Assembly (NCBI GenBank): GCA_025055075.1
Contig: JANWYV010000035.1
Span: 11,163 to 75,162 of the forward strand
Reading direction: 5' to 3'
DNA length: 64,000 bases
Origin: Blastocatellia bacterium
Lineage (GTDB): Bacteria; Acidobacteriota; Blastocatellia; HR10
How positions within the stretch are numbered: the first letter of the stretch is position 1; every line of letters starts with the position of its first letter. Of this stretch, positions 61,898 to 64,000 are shown in pieces. A model generated the notes under the pieces. That model did not search any database, was not told the origin of the DNA, and was given only the letters and a program-made list of their open reading frames with translations. Both the position numbers and the translations under genes were made by a program.

Positions 61898-63532
61898 ATG
61901 AGGAAGATCGAGCTGTACGACACGACGTTGCGTGATGGGACGCAAGGAGAGGATGTGTGTTTCTCGGTCGAAGACAAGATGATGATCGCGCGCAAGCTCG
62001 ATGAGTTAGGGATTGACTACATCGAGGGAGGATGGCCGGGGTCGAATCCGCGCGACGCCGCGTTCTTCAAGCGCGCGCGTCATCTGCGCTTGCGTCAGGC
62101 TCGACTCGTGGCCTTTGGCAGCACCTGTCATCCGCGACATCGGGCGGAAGAAGATCCCAATCTCCGTGCGCTTCTTGAAGCGGAGACGCCGACGGTCACC
62201 ATCTTCGGGAAGAGCTGGGATCGGCACGTTATCAAAGCGCTCGGCACGACGCTTGAGCGGAATCTGGAGCTGATCCGCGACTCCGTCGCCTATTTGAAAG
62301 CAGCCGGGCGCGAGGTCATTTACGATGCCGAGCATTTCTTCGATGGATTTCGAGCGGATCCCGAATATGCATTGGCTACGCTCGTGACGGCCGAGCGAGC
62401 TGGCGCCGATGTGATCGTCCTCTGCGATACAAACGGTGGCACGCTCACTCATCATCTGGTCGAGATGATCGATGCTGTGCGGCCTCATCTTCACGTGCGA
62501 CTAGGAATCCACACGCACAACGATTCGGATTTGGCCGTGGCCAACGCCATCGCGGCCGTCGAACGTGGGATCACGCACGTGCAAGGGACGATCAACGGCT
62601 ACGGCGAACGCTGCGGGAACGCGAATTTATGCTCGATCATCCCCATTCTGGAGCTGAAGATGGGTTATCGAACGATCGGGCCGGAGCGACTCGTGCATCT
62701 GACGTCGGTCTCGCATTTCGTGAGCGAGCTGGCGAATCTGCCCCCGCGCCCCAATCAACCGTTCGTGGGGCGGAGCGCTTTCGCGCACAAGGCGGGCGTG
62801 CACGTGAGCGCTGTGCTCAAGGACGCTTCGACTTACGAACACATCCCCCCGGAGGTTGTGGGCAATGCGCGGCGAGTCTTGGTTTCCGACCTCTCGGGTA
62901 AGAGCAACCTCCTCTACAAGGCGACGGAGATGGGGATTGATCTCGGCGCTAATCCTGATCGGATCCGGGCGCTTCTTGAGCGCCTGAAGATGCTCGAGCA
63001 TGAAGGGTACCAATTCGAGGGAGCGGAGGGGTCGCTTCGATTGCTGCTCGAAGAAGCTGTGCGAGGAGACTGCACGTTCTTTCAGTTGGAGACATTTCGT
63101 GTGGTGAGCGAGCGCACGGGCGATGGGCGACTTCGTTCGGTGGCCACCGTGCAAGTGCGCGTTGGGGAGCATGTCGAGGAAGCGATCGCTCAAGGGAAAG
63201 GGCCGGTGCTCGCTTTGGATCGCGCGCTGCGGAAAGCGCTGCGCGCGTTCTTCCCGAGCGTGAACGACCTGCGGCTCACCGATTATAAGGTCCGCGTGCT
63301 CGATGCCAGGCGAGGGACGGCGGCCAAGGTGCGCGTCCTCGTTCAAACAAGCGATGGAGAGGAAGAATGGCGTACGGTTGGCGTCTCTGAGAACATTCTG
63401 GAAGCGAGCTATCAGGCACTCGTGGACGCAGTCCGGTATAAGCTGCTCAAGGAATATGGGCGACCGCAACAGCCGCCTTCGCGCGCGGATGCCCTTCCCG
63501 ACTATGAGCAGCAATATGGCTGGGGGGTATAG
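61898..63532 (+). CDS. cimA: (R)-citramalate synthase (Geobacter-type CimA, LeuA family)
   Basis: ELYDTTLRDGTQGEDVCFSVEDKMMIARKLDELGIDYIEGGWPGSNPRDAAFFK and GTINGYGERCGNANLCSIIPILELKM nearly identical to characterised Geobacter CimA; AAGGAGG RBS. Confidence 0.85.
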   Translation: MRKIELYDTTLRDGTQGEDVCFSVEDKMMIARKLDELGIDYIEGGWPGSNPRDAAFFKRARHLRLRQARLVAFGSTCHPRHRAEEDPNLRALLEAETPTVTIFGKSWDRHVIKALGTTLERNLELIRDSVAYLKAAGREVIYDAEHFFDGFRADPEYALATLVTAERAGADVIVLCDTNGGTLTHHLVEMIDAVRPHLHVRLGIHTHNDSDLAVANAIAAVERGITHVQGTINGYGERCGNANLCSIIPILELKMGYRTIGPERLVHLTSVSHFVSELANLPPRPNQPFVGRSAFAHKAGVHVSAVLKDASTYEHIPPEVVGNARRVLVSDLSGKSNLLYKATEMGIDLGANPDRIRALLERLKMLEHEGYQFEGAEGSLRLLLEEAVRGDCTFFQLETFRVVSERTGDGRLRSVATVQVRVGEHVEEAIAQGKGPVLALDRALRKALRAFFPSVNDLRLTDYKVRVLDARRGTAAKVRVLVQTSDGEEEWRTVGVSENILEASYQALVDAVRYKLLKEYGRPQQPPSRADALPDYEQQYGWGV

Positions 63533-63583
63533 TGAGGGGTGCGCGAATGGATGCGGCAGAAATTCGTCCTTGAGGAGGGGAAC

Positions 63584-64000
63584 ATGTTGCCGAAGGAATT
63601 GCTCATGAAGATGCTCTACTACCTCCGCTTGACGCGGGAGGCGGAATATCGCATCGAGCGCGTCCTGTATCGGCAGGGGAAGATCGTGGGCGGCGTTTAC
63701 GTCGGTCGCGGGCAGGAGGCCATTGGCGTCGGGAGCGCCATCCAACTGCGGCCGGACGATGTCGTCGCGCCCAGCCATCGGGATATGAGCGTCTTCCTCA
63801 TCCGCGGGATCCCGCTCAAGCAAATCTTCGCTCAATACATGGGGCGGAAGACGGGCGTGACCGGCGGCAAGGACGGGAATATGCACATGGGGGACATCCG
63901 ACGGCACGTCATCGCCTTTCCCAGCCACATGGCCGATACAGTTCCGGTCGCCGCCGGCTGCGCTCTGGCCTTCAAGCTGCGAGGGGAAGATCGCGTGGCC
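63584..64000 (+). CDS. 2-oxoacid (pyruvate/branched-chain) dehydrogenase E1 component alpha subunit, partial (runs off window)
   Basis: TPP-dependent E1 alpha N-terminus (YRQGKIVGGVYVGRGQEAIGVGS...PSHRDM); GAGGAGGGG RBS before ATG 63584. Confidence 0.75.
   Translation, partial: MLPKELLMKMLYYLRLTREAEYRIERVLYRQGKIVGGVYVGRGQEAIGVGSAIQLRPDDVVAPSHRDMSVFLIRGIPLKQIFAQYMGRKTGVTGGKDGNMHMGDIRRHVIAFPSHMADTVPVAAGCALAFKLRGEDRVA

Noticed and set aside
1-64000. CRISPR arrays, IS elements, integrases or phage genes
   Set aside because: No direct-repeat arrays, transposase/integrase-like ORFs or GC-skewed islands seen; gene content and uniform GC indicate core chromosome.

Overview
This 64 kb window is high-GC (about 63-66%), gene-dense bacterial chromosome that is probably acidobacterial. 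The evidence for that is an Oar-type TonB-dependent receptor with an N-terminal carboxypeptidase-regulatory-like domain and a C-terminal Phe, frequent GGAGG ribosome-binding sites, and MFP-RND pairs lacking an outer-membrane factor. Nearly everything is housekeeping or envelope-associated. On the minus strand there is a gatC-gatA-alr-CPBP-sppA run, and a long array of amidohydrolase, TlpA-like, ABC ATPase, ABC-2 permease, rlmD, serA and an S1/P1 nuclease in which several genes overlap start-to-stop by 4 nt. On the plus strand: tRNA-Val upstream of the thrS-infC-rpmI-rplT-pheS-pheT block followed by zapB-like/zapA; pdxS-pdxT; an MFS transporter followed by hydantoinase/oxoprolinase A and B subunits; an MFP-RND efflux pair followed by secreted M14 peptidase, gamma-glutamyltransferase and a penicillin-acylase-family Ntn hydrolase; an aconitase-family protein with unusual domain order; acs; a CPA2 antiporter; an FmdB zinc-ribbon, VWA and orphan mreB-like trio; and (R)-citramalate synthase cimA followed by a partial 2-oxoacid dehydrogenase E1 alpha. 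There are no CRISPR arrays, transposases or rRNA genes. The most notable sequence-level discovery is a classical leader-peptide transcription attenuator upstream of cimA. It is a 45-codon ORF (shorter than the 60-aa minimum of the supplied ORF track, so absent from it) whose 3' end encodes IIIRLIIL, followed by mutually exclusive antiterminator and terminator helices and a U-tract. Other points of interest are the swivel-then-catalytic (AcnB-like) domain order of the aconitase-family protein, the secreted amidohydrolase trio behind the efflux pump, and a structured 5' leader with a consensus TATAAT upstream of pdxST. The many very long antisense ORFs (up to 1024 aa) are high-GC artefacts. Coordinates derived by manual counting may be off by 1 nt in places; reading frames follow the supplied ORF track.
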